A stretch of DNA of 55,878 nucleotides, filler included, from Platydemus manokwari (Eukaryota): NCBI GenBank assembly GCA_037951405.1. It is 5 parts of 5 records of this genome, joined end to end, with 100 filler letters (N's around TTAATTAATTAA, not from the genome) between each part and the next. Parts side by side here need not be neighbours in the genome. Positions count along the whole stretch, not along the records: positions 31,440 to 40,652 come from JBBMOY011282317.1; positions 40,753 to 55,878 come from JBBMOY011344760.1; 3 more parts are not named here. The stretch is one strand, 5' to 3'. Numbering within the stretch: position 1 is the first letter of the stretch; every line of letters begins with the position of its first letter. Below the pieces are notes generated by a model, which worked only from the letters and a program-made list of their open reading frames with translations, searched no databases and was not told the origin of the DNA. Below are positions 39,301-51,600 of this stretch, piece after piece. The position numbers were made by a program, and so were the translations under genes.

Positions 39301-40099
39301 CAAATTCCGATTTTTCAATATGAATTCATTCACGGGTTGAATCGAAACTCTATAATCTCAATTAATTGGTACTTGAAATAGATTGAAAGGAATTCAAGAC
39401 ATGATATCAAAGAAAATCCCAAGAAGTCCACCGAAAACAACTTGCCATCTTGTATATTGTTAATTTTAAAATAGCTCATTATCGTCGGGTCTTATCGGTC
39501 TAGATAGTCAATAAATTTAGAAATTGAATTAGCCATTGGCATACAAAGAGAGACTGAATAGTTTGATGAATTAGCATAATAAAAAGACTTTATCGAATGG
39601 TTACGAAACTAATTTTGAATTTCCCAATACCGTCTTAATAATATTTGAAAACTACAAGAAAAAGGCAATTTACATATTAAATATTTTCACTACGTAATCA
39701 TAAAATATTAATACATTATCGACAGAGTTCGGTTAATATAAACTCGCTTTATATCGCCGAAATACAATAAATAAATTGGATATTCACTATGCATAATTAT
39801 TAGTAATTCTTTTCGTTTAATACCATTTTCTTTTATATCAATAATCGCTTAATATTACCCGGTAAATTTAAAATCTAATTTTTTGATATTGTTGGGTTTC
39901 TGGCCCAACATTTAATCCTAAAAAATTAATTTACATTGGAAAATATATGTGCATGGCAATACGTATAAAATGTTTATCAATTTTTATAGTACCAATTTTT
40001 ATTTAATCAGCATGCATTATTTATATTTTCTACAACTCTTGAATTTTTGGGCAAAAACCGTTTAAAATATTGATATTTATAATAATTATATATATATAT

Positions 40100-40560
40100 A
40101 TAGCGACAAATTAATTATCATCTGTTTCTGCACATGAAGATTAAATTTGATCGAGAGATATTTTCTCTGCTTAATAAATTTATTCACAGAGAATTTCTTT
40201 CATCAGTGAACAAATATGCAGGCATTAAATTTAATCGCAGAGAATATCTGCGAGTGATTCACACTGCCTATATAATGCAGTAATAACAATCAAAATTGTC
40301 ATAATTCTCGTTCACAAATTACTGCCGTTATTGTCACTGTCCGACGTTATACGCCGCAACAATTGTAAAAGAACCATCATTCAAATTTCAATTCGACGCA
40401 CTGAGGAAAGTCATCAGGTGCAGAAGACCAATTTTCCTTCATATGCCTGGTATTTGATAGAAGACCCAAAGTAAGACCGTACCTCTAAAATACTGATCTA
40501 AATTATATATTGTATCTTGTATTTCCTATTATGGAGTTTTAGCTCAAAAATCTTGAGTTT
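40100..40560 (+). repeat. Interspersed LTR-like repeat, copy 2
   Basis: Shares taaatttaatc(g/a)cagagaat, tgcgagtgattca, ctatat..gcag, tatgcc(t/c)ggtattt and the downstream tgta..tt.ctattat block with 45700-46230. It has internal subrepeats and a TATA-like ctatataat. Confidence 0.6.
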
Positions 40561-40652
40561 TAATCTAAGAGCAGGAAGTATTAGGTGTATTAGTATGATT
40601 CCGGCTTTTACAAAAATGAGTTAAAATTTGTATTTCAATGAATAAATTTAAT

Positions 40653-40752
40653 NNNNNNNNNNNNNNNNNNNNNNNNNNNNNNNNNNNNNNNNNNNNTTAA
40701 TTAATTAANNNNNNNNNNNNNNNNNNNNNNNNNNNNNNNNNNNNNNNNNNNN
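40653..40752. other. Artificial contig spacer N44-TTAATTAATTAA-N44
   Basis: Same 100-bp structure; core at 40697-40708. Confidence 0.97.
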
Positions 40753-40801
40753 TTTATTATTATTATTATTAATCTTACCATTATTAATATTATCGTTATT
40801 A

Positions 40802-40840
<39 letters not shown>
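40753..40840 (+). repeat. (ATT)n microsatellite at contig start
   Basis: Long, slightly interrupted attattatt tract adjoining the gap. Confidence 0.9.
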
Positions 40841-40844
<4 letters not shown>

Positions 40845-40907
40845 TTTATTTACTCTCTCAAATTCCATAAATGCTAGCAACTTAAGCTATTTATTTATTT
40901 TTTTCAG

Positions 40908-41629
40908 CTTCCTGGAAGATCAAACTGCTCTTCAACAGAACCAAATTATGGAATGCGGAAATTTCTTAAATCTCATATTTTGTGAAACGACTGACGTTCT
41001 TGACGAAAACTTTATCCTCATCTTCAGCTTTCTCAGCCGTAAAGGCTATTTTCGATCAATTACGGGGTTTATATTGAAGAATTTCAAAATCAATGTATTC
41101 CATGTAAAGAATTGTAAATTTGAAGAGAAAACCAATATTAACGACATGAGCTCTTTGGATACATGGGTTATGTTTTTGGTTTTCCCTCTTCTCTTTGCTG
41201 TAAAATGGCGACTTAAAGTAGAACAGTGGCTGAAAGCTGAAATAGAAAGATCGGAATTGTACGGTTCGAACAATAGCATTGATGACGATTATGCTAATAC
41301 ATCAATAATGAACATGTCTTTGATGTCTGTGAGTAGTGAATACAGTAGTGAAGATCCTCATTCTAGACAAACGAGATTATTTCTGAAGAGACTTCTTTCA
41401 TCATGGTGCAACTCGGTTTATTTCAATGATGCATTTTATCATTATTTTGTTTCGTATCTTTCGATTAATCTCAGTAGTAACGTTCTTGTGAATTCCGTTC
41501 CGATTTATCTCATCATTTTGGCCTTGGTAGAACCCACACGACAGTATCGGAAACACAGCATTGATTCAATATTGAGTTTCAACAAAACGTTGTTGGTTTT
41601 GTATAAGCTCAATGCAAATCCCTCATTAG
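40908..41629 (+). CDS. Large internal coding exon (about 240 codons) of an unidentified gene
   Basis: Strong acceptor ttatttattttttttcag|c, a stop-free frame of 240 codons in very AT-rich DNA (contains ORF 40948-41691), and donor ag|gttggt followed by an AT-rich intron-like tract. No family recognised. Confidence 0.7.
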
Positions 41630-42497
41630 GTTGGTTTATTTTTTATATATCTTTAAGAAATATAAATATAAATACACATTTAATAAAGTAAATTGATATC
41701 AAAATATCTTGAAAAGAAATCGATAAATTATAACGATAAGTAATAAAAATTAAAACTAAGCCATTAATAATTTATTTCAACATTAAGCAGCTCGTCAGTA
41801 AAAATAGAATTTATTCGAGAAAGATAAAACATTTACCATTACCAATATTGTTTCGACAAATATTTAATTGTAAAGTTGCTCATCATAACTTGCTACAAAA
41901 CAATAATCTTCATGAAACTTGGGAAGAAAATTCCCATTTTCTTTGGTAAATATTTGTCGTAATTTTTTTTTCCTTCAACAACAAAGGTAAAAAAAAAGGA
42001 AAAACAATCAATCCAGTTATATTTTTCCATAATCTGCTGTTAAAGTAAAATATATTTACAATGTCACGAATACTGGAATTGAAATCCACATGAATGTCTT
42101 TTGTAATTAATCATATGGCTTGAAAACTGAGCAGAAAATGGTAAAAAAGAAAAGAAATGTTCATATGGCTAAGGTAATGCATTGGAAAATTTATGCGAAA
42201 TCAAGAAATGTTAGAATAGATTTTATTGAAAACGAAACAGGAATATGAAATTTAGTTGACATTTATGTGGAATTCATATGGTATAATTATATATTATGTG
42301 TGTATAGTATGTGACGATCAATAAAACTGATAATGATTTTTTATAATTCTAATGAATGTTTTAAGATTCTGTAAGTTTTTCGTATTTTATAAAGCATTTA
42401 TTGAAGCAATTGAAAAGTTATTTAAACAAATTAACGTAAAATGTGATAAGTTGCGATCAAGTTGACAATTAAATAATAAGGCAGTAAGACTTTAAGA

Positions 42498-42700
42498 TGG
42501 GAAAACAGCAAGAAAAAAATAGTTGACCAAAGAAACCAAGGTCCGTCTAGTAGTCAAAGCAAGAAGACAAAAATCATAGTAATGAATTCACTCATAGTAA
42601 TTTTTTATCTGGAAAAATCAAGAAAAAGACCAAGGAAATAGGAAACTGGGTGTTATAGCAGTCTCCAGACGATGGAGGAAGGCATGATGGAACTTTATTG
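42498..42700 (+). mobile_element. Possible Tc1-like transposase N-terminal (HTH) remnant
   Basis: MGKQQEK, LTKETKVRLVV, KEIGN loosely resemble the Tc1 N-terminus MGK...LS...K..IV. Fragmentary. Confidence 0.2.
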
Positions 42701-43679
42701 AAAAGAAAATGTACGCAGTTGAAAAACAAGTGAAATAATAATTTTTTATCAAATCTCAACATTTCCTGGTCGGTTCAGGGATAATAGAGATCATTTCCAT
42801 TCAAATACCTCACCTTTGTTACGTAACAGCACATGTAAGGAACAAAATATTAAAAGAAATTAATTTTAGAGACTACTTATTAAGTGTCGCACAAAAACCA
42901 TAGATTTTAAGACAATTAATTATTGGTCTTATAAATAAATGTTATTAATCATCTATTTTTAGTTTATTAGAAATCTCAAAATTTCTGAGTGGACAAAATG
43001 GTAAAATCGAAATCAATTTTAAATCAGAAATATAAACAATAATTCGAAAAACATCTCATTAAAAGTAGATATAAAACTCACCAACTCTAAGAACGAAACA
43101 ATCAGACACAAATCGCCTTAATTGAGTCATATTAAAAATCTAAAATAATGCAAATAATCCTAATTGATATTGATAAAATCAAAGAGCAACAATTAAAAAC
43201 AAGTTTTTTCATTGAATAAAGAAATATAATAATGATCATTTATTTGTATCTATTTTTAGTTGAATATGGATAGGTCAGGAATAATACTTAGTGTACAAAC
43301 CTAATTAAAACGGTGGTTGTTACTATTTCGAAATAAAATTAACAGCGTTAGCTCGGGGATAATCGTTTTGTTGTTTATGGGCACAAATGTAATCAATGAG
43401 TTTATAAATATCATCACTGGTACAGTAGTAAAAATATTGTGATGGTATAATAGTAAAAAGGTAATTTAGAGTGTAACTCATTTGTGTAAAAGGCATCCAA
43501 CTAAGAGAAGATTCTTGTAGATAATTTCAAATTTATTGTTTAATCTTTATCTGGAGCTTGTAAATTGTTGTTATAAAAACTCACTTCGAATCAGAAACAG
43601 ACGTTTCAGTGTCGAACCTAGAGAATAAAAATGTAGTCTTATTGAGAAATCAGTTTAGCTCGCTCTCAAGAGCAAAAAT

Positions 43680-44015
43680 GATAATATTGATAATAATCAC
43701 TGTAATGATAATAATGTCACTAATTATAATATATTATCAAAATAATAATAATTATTATTACTATAAAAATAAGAATAATAACAAAACAGTAAAACTAATA
43801 ATACGAATAATAATAACAAGTTTAATGCAATGGCTTATAATAATTATTATTATTTTAATACTAATGGTTATAATAATAACAGTAACTTTAAAATATTAAT
43901 AATATCGGTATAAATAATAATGATATTAACACTTAGTATTTTAATTACTGAAATTATAATCATAAATATAAATAATTATAATATTAATATCAATAATAAT
44001 AATAATTATTATTAT
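43680..44015 (+). repeat. Degenerate (AAT)n low-complexity tract
   Basis: Long ataataata-rich stretch; explains the Ile/Asn-rich ORF 43609-43899. Confidence 0.75.
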
Positions 44016-45064
44016 TGGTTATTTAACCAAAGTTAATTAATATTTTTAAAATATTCCAGTAACGATAATATAAGTAAGTAATAAATAATAATGATAAATA
44101 TGTTCTATTTTGTCAAAAAATGTTAAAATATATTTATTATTAAAGAAAAGACAACTCAGTGTCACATGAAATGTAACATTTAATTTGCAATTTAATTCAT
44201 GATATGACTTGAGATTCGACTGAAATTACTTGTGAAAATCACATATTATGGATTTGTAAAAAGTATTTTCTATCCCCAATTGTATATTTGTAGGATATAT
44301 TTGAATCTAAAATCTGATTTGTTGAAGTTTTATTATTGTTTGTGGTAATAATTTTAAATGGATTCCATATTTACTTATTTCGGTGACCATTTGTACCCAC
44401 ACACACACATTTAATAATTGTGTTTGTTTTTCTCATAAATTCATGCTAAATCTCAATTATATACACACTCGAATAAATACAGCTTTTAAAAATTAACATT
44501 TCGAATAAGCAAGACGAATCAATAATGGTGTGCTCTGCCAATAGTCTAATTCAATAGAAATCACCTATTGAATATCTGTACTATTAAACGTTTGTATTAA
44601 TTGGGTTCTCTGAGATCTCTTACACGAACTATAAGCCATTCAATTGTTAGGATTTTTCCAGTGAACTTGTATTCAAGTATTCGTCTCGGTTTTTATTTTC
44701 CACACAGTATTGCAATTGAAAATATTCGATATCAATTAAAAAATAAGAAAATAGCTAAAAATAAACCAATGACCATTAAGGAAGAGGGAAATATATTTAA
44801 ATTACAAGAAATAATTTTAAAAATTTAAATTGATGATGATTAATATTGGGATCATTTTAATCTTATTTTGAGAGACAAGTGGGATTTTGAAATACCAAAT
44901 CCAACACTTAGAGGCTTTCATTTGTATATTTATAAGAAATATAAACCACTGGTGCAAAAATTGTTGAAAAATAAAGTTCCCATTTCAAATTATCTACTCT
45001 ATCACACAAAATTTTCAATTCGTTTAAACTTTTAAGTTATTGGTATAAATCTTCAAATTAAGAT

Positions 45065-45387
45065 CAACATTTTTTGAAATTAAAAATGATTTGTATATCA
45101 AAGGCATCATTAGAGTTTGAGGTTAATTAATCCGTAAGATATCCCTGAACTAGAGTAATTTGATTAAATTTCGAAAATAAATTTCTACAATAATTAGCAA
45201 TATGATAAGTAATTCATGTCTTATCAGATTTATTAAAAAATAAATGTGTGACAAGTGCTTATATGAAACTAAAATTGATTTGCTCGACTGACTGTCTCTT
45301 GGTCAGTGATATCCCATAAATAAATTAACCTCAAACTCTAATGATGCGGGTGAAATACAAATGATTTTTAATTTCAAAAAATCGTTG
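45065..45387. mobile_element. Foldback / MITE-like element with about 90-bp inverted arms
   Basis: 45065-45155 and 45296-45387 are reverse complements, including a perfect 25-bp stem gcatcattagagtttgaggttaatt (45104-45128 and 45323-45347). Possible outer termini CACTGG at 44947 and CCAGTG ending at 45531. Confidence 0.85.
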
Positions 45388-45699
45388 GAGGTTTGACCAA
45401 ATAATTAATTCAGACTAAAACTTTGTGCAACAATATATAACAATGTTTATACTAATCATATTTATTATGCATGACAATACCTATGACCTGTGCATTAATT
45501 TTTATTGTATTTAATGTTGATTTAACCAGTGTGCATTTTAATATCTTAACAAGTCTCAGAATATTTGAGTAAAATCAGCTTAAAATAGTATATTAGTATT
45601 TATATTATTCATTAACTATAAAAATATAAAATTATAATATTAGTAACATAAATCCATTGAAATTCCTTGTATAATAAATTAATTTATAAAATAACAAAA

Positions 45700-46230
45700 T
45701 GCGATATATTATCGCACAATAACATCGACAAATAAATTCTCGCCAATTATCGCGCATAAATTAAATCACTGAATATAAAATTTCAGTATATTAAATTTAA
45801 TCACAGAGAATATTTCTCTGTATAATAAATTTAATCGAAAGAATTTCTCTCCCAAATAAATAAATTCTAGCGCGAAAAAAACAAATGCAAAAACATTAAA
45901 TTTTATTCGCAAAGAATACATGCGAGTGATTCATCACTGGCTATATGAGGCAGCGGTTACAATTAACTATTCCACATTAACACATTACAATTACACCTTA
46001 CATCTATTGTTATACGAGGGGATAGGACACATTATTTTGCATTCAAGAACCGCACGATTGAAGATCATCCAATGTCAAGGATCGGAATTTCCTATATGCC
46101 CGGTATTTTACTGGAAAACCCTATAATAAGAGGCATTTATATAATTTAATATTATATTATTAATATTAATATTAATATTATATTATCTGTAATTTTCTAT
46201 TATCGAGCTGTGTCTCAAATATCTTTCCGT
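45700..46230 (+). repeat. Interspersed LTR-like repeat, copy 3
   Basis: Collinear similarity to 40100-40560 and to the reverse complement of 19100-19330. Confidence 0.6.
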
Positions 46231-47119
46231 AAATGGTTTTGCTTCAAAAGTGTGGAATTTAGTCGCTTTAGTCTGAGATGATATTGAAATTCGTTAAATA
46301 AATAATAATCGTCGCCATTTATTCTTAGCAATAGTGGGGTCCTAAAAATCATTTCACTGGAAAATCAAATTTTACAATATTTCCTGACATCTTTTTCAAG
46401 ACATTCAGGAATCATCTAGAAATAGAATACATTGTAAAATTCATAAATTCTGCAAGAAGTTTCATTGTAAATTGTTTTAATTAATAGAAAAACAGAAAAA
46501 ATCTCTTGGCGATAGTTCATATAAATTAAAAATATCTAAATTGAATATCGATCTTCAATGTTTTTTTGCAACTAAACAGGTGATTAATATAATTGGTTTT
46601 ATTGATTTTTAATAATTTTCATAATGCGGTAAGAGGAATTTGGGTTTGTTTGTGTTTCTTATTAAAAGAAAAAATATATAAATTCAACTTTTTGTGGGAC
46701 GAAAAATTTCTTAAGGAAATCATTTGAAATTTTGTTTTTTCTTGTTTTTTCTTGTTTTTCTTTTATCAAAAGAAAACATTTAAAACAACTACAATAAAAC
46801 CATTTTTTCCTCCATACAAAAAATTACTCAGGCGGACAAAATTTAAAACAAAAAATATTTCCTTTTACTCAAATTATGTATTTTCAATGAAAAAATATTT
46901 TTACTGAAAATTTTATTTTTGAATTTTTTTTATAATTCTTTTTCTTTGTTTTAAATTATTTAAAGTTTTTATTTTGAAAAGAAAATATTCTTTTGACTAT
47001 TTTTGACATGCAAGTGAAATTAAAATGAAAAATGCTATTGAGGAAACGTGAAACATACAACCAGAGCCAGTATTAATCTATATAGACTCTACTAATTCCA
47101 TCCACTAATCCATAGTAAC

Positions 47120-47660
47120 CACACAACTATGTGTCTAAAATGACTTGTAATTATTTCAATGATGAATAAAATGTAAATATTCCATTCTGTTCTTATTTCC
47201 TTTTCATGAGAAAATGTAGTCCATAATTCTTTATCAGTTAATTTTTTTAATAATTTATCAATTAAACAAACCTCACGAATATTGTTAGCCTTCATATGAA
47301 GATAACGATGATGATAATAATTGTTGTTCGATAGCAGAAGATACATTTATTAAATTTCAAAGTTTTTAATTAAATGGTTTTGTAGACTGAAATTACAAAA
47401 ATTCTTTGAATGAATACATACCATAATTAGTAGACATTATTGAAATGACAAAACGGATCGTTCTTTCCAGTACAACACGAGACATTCTATGAAACGTAAG
47501 CATTGGAAATACCATATAGGTGATTATAACAATAAAGATTCCAGGGTGTTATTGAAGTATATATTTTCCAAAAATAAAGTAAGGTAAACGATTTAATACC
47601 TATCAAGAGCAACAACCATTTTCGAAACCAGTTAAAGCTGTTGTGAGAATTTAAAATGAT
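47120..47660 (-). pseudogene. Decayed rhodopsin-class GPCR (TM3-TM7)
   Basis: MVVALDRY*IV (DRY at 47596-47604), TM4-like GIFIVIITYMVFPML, ECL2-like DPFCHF, and TM7/helix-8-like WNIYILFII..SHFR occur in the expected order, broken by stops and frameshifts. Confidence 0.4.
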
Positions 47661-47914
47661 GATGATGTTTTTAGACATGGATTTAAGAGTTTATAATTGT
47701 ATTTTTTGTTTACACATATTAATTTAGATAATTATAGTTAAATATAATTTTATAACCTTAGTTTGTCTCTAATGTATGATTTATATAATTGTAGCTACTT
47801 ACATGGTGATCAAGCATTTGGATTCGATTAAGAGAATGTTTATGGCATGGAAGTATAGAAGGCAGAAGGTAGGAGATATATACAGGATGTAAAGTAGATA
47901 TAGCGATGTTTTAT

Positions 47915-47917
<3 letters not shown>

Positions 47918-47963
<46 letters not shown>
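47918..47963 (+). repeat. (AT)n(AG)n microsatellite
   Basis: atatatatatatatatat followed by agagagagagagagagagagagagag. Confidence 0.92.
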
Positions 47964-47966
<3 letters not shown>

Positions 47967-48187
47967 AAAGTGAAGATATAAAGAAGATATTAAAAGGTTA
48001 TAGAGAATATATAAAGAAAATATACACTGAAGATGAAACATCAATTTTTATATAGATGAATAACCAGAGAATTTGATACAGAGATCATTAAGAATTCAGG
48101 GAAAATCAAAGATTTCAAAGAAAGGAGGATGTGAAAATTTAAAAAAAATTAAATCATATTTTTACAACATATTTTATTTAAATTATA

Positions 48188-48658
48188 CCGTGCGATTCAT
48201 TCGTCTCCGTTTCTAAAACTAAAATAAAACAACAAAACACAATACCATTTATACTTACATATTTGATATTAATTATTATTCATTGATTAATCAGTTCCAT
48301 TATTACAATATGGTGGATGCTGTATTGGCTAGGGAGCTATATTAAAAATCGAGATTATGCAATCAATAACAATTATACAACGCTCAACGAACTTGAAGTT
48401 GCAATTTCACATGAATTAATAAACATCATTCAAGAAGTCGTCCGTAAATGTAATTCATGCTTCAGGAAACGATGCCATGTCTGTTGGAGCAAGATGGTGA
48501 ACATTTTGAACAGTTGCTATGAAATTACTTATTACTTACCGTTATTTGTTCTTATTGTCACTGTGTTTTGTTGTGCATTAAAGTAACTCAATACATTTAG
48601 TTTGTTCTTACTGTTGTTTTATTTTGATTTAAGAGATAGAGACTTATAAATCGCACGA
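48188..48658 (+). mobile_element. Internally deleted Tc1/mariner-superfamily element (471 bp)
   Basis: Imperfect TIRs of about 45 bp (ccgtgcgattcattcgtctc..aaaataaaacaaca versus tgttgttttatttt..gagacttataaatcgcacga), flanked by TA at 48186-48187 and 48659-48660. Inside is a transposase C-terminal remnant, WLGSYIKNRDY..TLNELEVAI..RKC..FRKR, then DGEHFEQLL*. Confidence 0.85.
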
Positions 48659-51600
48659 TATTTTCTTGAAATATCCGTATCAGTTTTATCAATAATTTTA
48701 GAAATGTTAAAAATTTTAAAGCTATAAATTTTATTTACAAAAATATTTTTAATTATCACAAACATTTTAAAATATAGTTTTCCTATTGAATTATTTTCAA
48801 TCTTTTCAATTCAGAAACACTTTTTGACAAGAACTAGAAAGGTGGGTTCTACAATATTGTCAAGTTAAACTGAATAAAAAGGAATTCGAATAATTTTTTT
48901 TTACCAAATAATTAGCTTAAAATAATGCTTTTAACAAGGAATGCTAACAGAAATGAGCGAAAAGAAATGAATTATGTTGTTTATTACGACAAAGCATAAT
49001 ATAATCTATTAGCTTAAACAATATTTTATTTTACTTCTAATTTTTATAGGCCGCATAATTTATGAATGATTAAATAGCTAATTCAAAAATTTTTAACACA
49101 ATAATTCACAGCAAGCATAAATGTAAATATATATATAATCAAAACAACAGGATTGTGATTGGATTCCAGATTTTAGAAATCATAAATTCTTACACTCAAC
49201 AATAAACCAATAAAAAGCCTTCAAAATAGATTTGTCAATCAAACCAAATCGTTTATAAAATTTCAATTTCCATAACAGAATATTTTATTAAAATAACGCT
49301 GGTCTTTAATTTTAGTTTTCAGAAGAGCACATTGAAAATATCTAATCAAATATTTATTTTAAGGAATTAATAAAAATAAACTGTTTTTCAATTTGGGTCC
49401 AGAAATTAAAACAGGCTCATAAAACTTTGAACTCGTGATCAAAAGAACATCATAATTGAACATTTTCTGCTAAGAAGCTGGTTAACCTGTGTTTTATAAA
49501 AATATTTAATCCCTAATACGTAATGTACACTTGCAACTGAGATACTGATAAAATACGGTTGAGTATGATGTTTATCGATGAAACACCAAACATTTTTAAT
49601 TCAATTTTCTTTCGCTTTCCACGAATAAATCCAAAAATCTCTATAACAGAAATTTGAAACAAGCTGTTGACAATCATTAGGAACATTTTCCGTTTTTTCT
49701 ACAACATTTACATTGAAGTTTGAATAAATCTTATCTGATCATCGAAACAAACAATGATCTATTTTTATTTCTTACTTACATTATTCAAGATATATCCAAA
49801 CACATCAATACCAATATTATATGGACCTTGATCCTTTCAGTTAATCATAATAAATTAGGAAAGACCAGAATTGAGTGTTTCATGTTTAACTCTGATAATA
49901 CTGTTTAATAAAATTAAATTCTGCAAAAGAGACACGGATTTGGCACTCTAAACAATTGCATGCCTACAGGGATAGAAACCTACCAATCACAGCGGAGTTA
50001 AATGGTAAAAAGGGATTGACCAATCCCACTCATGTAAAAACTAATAAGCTCAATGGGAACATGGAAAAGCAAAGATCGAATCCAAATGTGATTCAAATAT
50101 TTCACAAAAAATTACACAGATCTCGAATATAAATATCGATATAAAGTTAAAAGCCAGGTTTTGTTTATGTTCTTGAAAATTTTGAGTATTAGTTGGGGTA
50201 TATTTATATAGTTATATAATTCCTACTGATCAGTAAGCAATTTGAAAATAAAGCTATAGTCTACTAGTTTTGGAGTCAGCCATTATTCAACTGTTCAGAA
50301 ATAACCTCAACAATACTAATTTTAAAATATTTTTTAAAATAATAATGTAAATTATATGTATTTCCTCAAAGAACTTTCCTCAGAAGTGCCGATATCTGTA
50401 CATCATGTGTCAAAAAGTTCATACTACTTTTGAATTGAAAATTTATCCCAAATCGTTTCTGGCAATTCTTCCTTTTACAAAATGAACTCCTATTTAATAA
50501 ATTATTCAGATTTTTAATTGAAATCCATCAATCATTGAGATTTGCTTTTTAAAAAAAATGTCAAAGCTCAAACATATTCAATAACAACGCATTGCGTAAC
50601 AATTGTATGAGATTTTTTTTAAAGGAAAAGCCTTAATTGTTTCACCTAATTATCTCTTAATTAACCACAATATTCATCTTTATTCAATCTACTGATCTAC
50701 TCAATTATTCGCACAAAATTTTATCGCATGAAAGATAGTCACCACCATTTATCTAGTGACTGAATCATTTGATTACTACGGAACTTTTATTGGATCTTTT
50801 AAATTGGAATAATATCGAAGAATTCCACTGAACTTGCACTCTGGATATGAGTATTTTGAGAGTTAATCTTAGAATTTAATCTATAGTATGGAATAACTGA
50901 TTTTTCTAACAGATTTTTGCCAAATTATTCAAATTTGAAGTTGATTGCAAAAGAAATTGTACTGTACCATATTGATATAACCAAGTGTGTTGGGATTTAG
51001 AAAATAAACAGGTCGATGATGATATTTGACTAGGAAATGTTATAAGTGCCTATCAATATCAACTTATTTACCAACTCGAGAAAAATACAAACCAAATAAA
51101 CCATATAAAATTTTCATGTCATCATTGATTATACAATAAAAATATCCACAGATGGAACTCATTATTAGTAATACAATGGAACATATTATGATATTGTGAA
51201 GTATGAGATAAAATGAACCAAATGTTGTTATCAAAACAATTAAAATAATCTCTCAGAAGTGTGAGCATAAATACTCAACAGAGTAGCCAATCGAAGATCT
51301 TCAAATCAGCACCCCCTAATTGTATTCAAATTTTCAAACTTTCAGAAAATAACGAACATCGAATTACGACAATGACATACGAGATTGAAGAAAATCATAT
51401 AATTAAATACGTGGATAAGCCTTCGCATGGCTCTAACAATGAAAAGTAAAATATTGGGCAGGTAGTAAATACACATAATGTACTTTATAAAAAGAATCTT
51501 ATTCTCGACAAGAATCACCAGTCTTTCATGATTGATAAACTTGCCATTTTTCTTTTTTCATGAATGATATTCTGTGTTTTGATCCAATACATTTTACTCA

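Noticed and set aside
43609-43899. 96-aa ORF with apparent TM segments
   Set aside because: Product of a degenerate (AAT)n tract.
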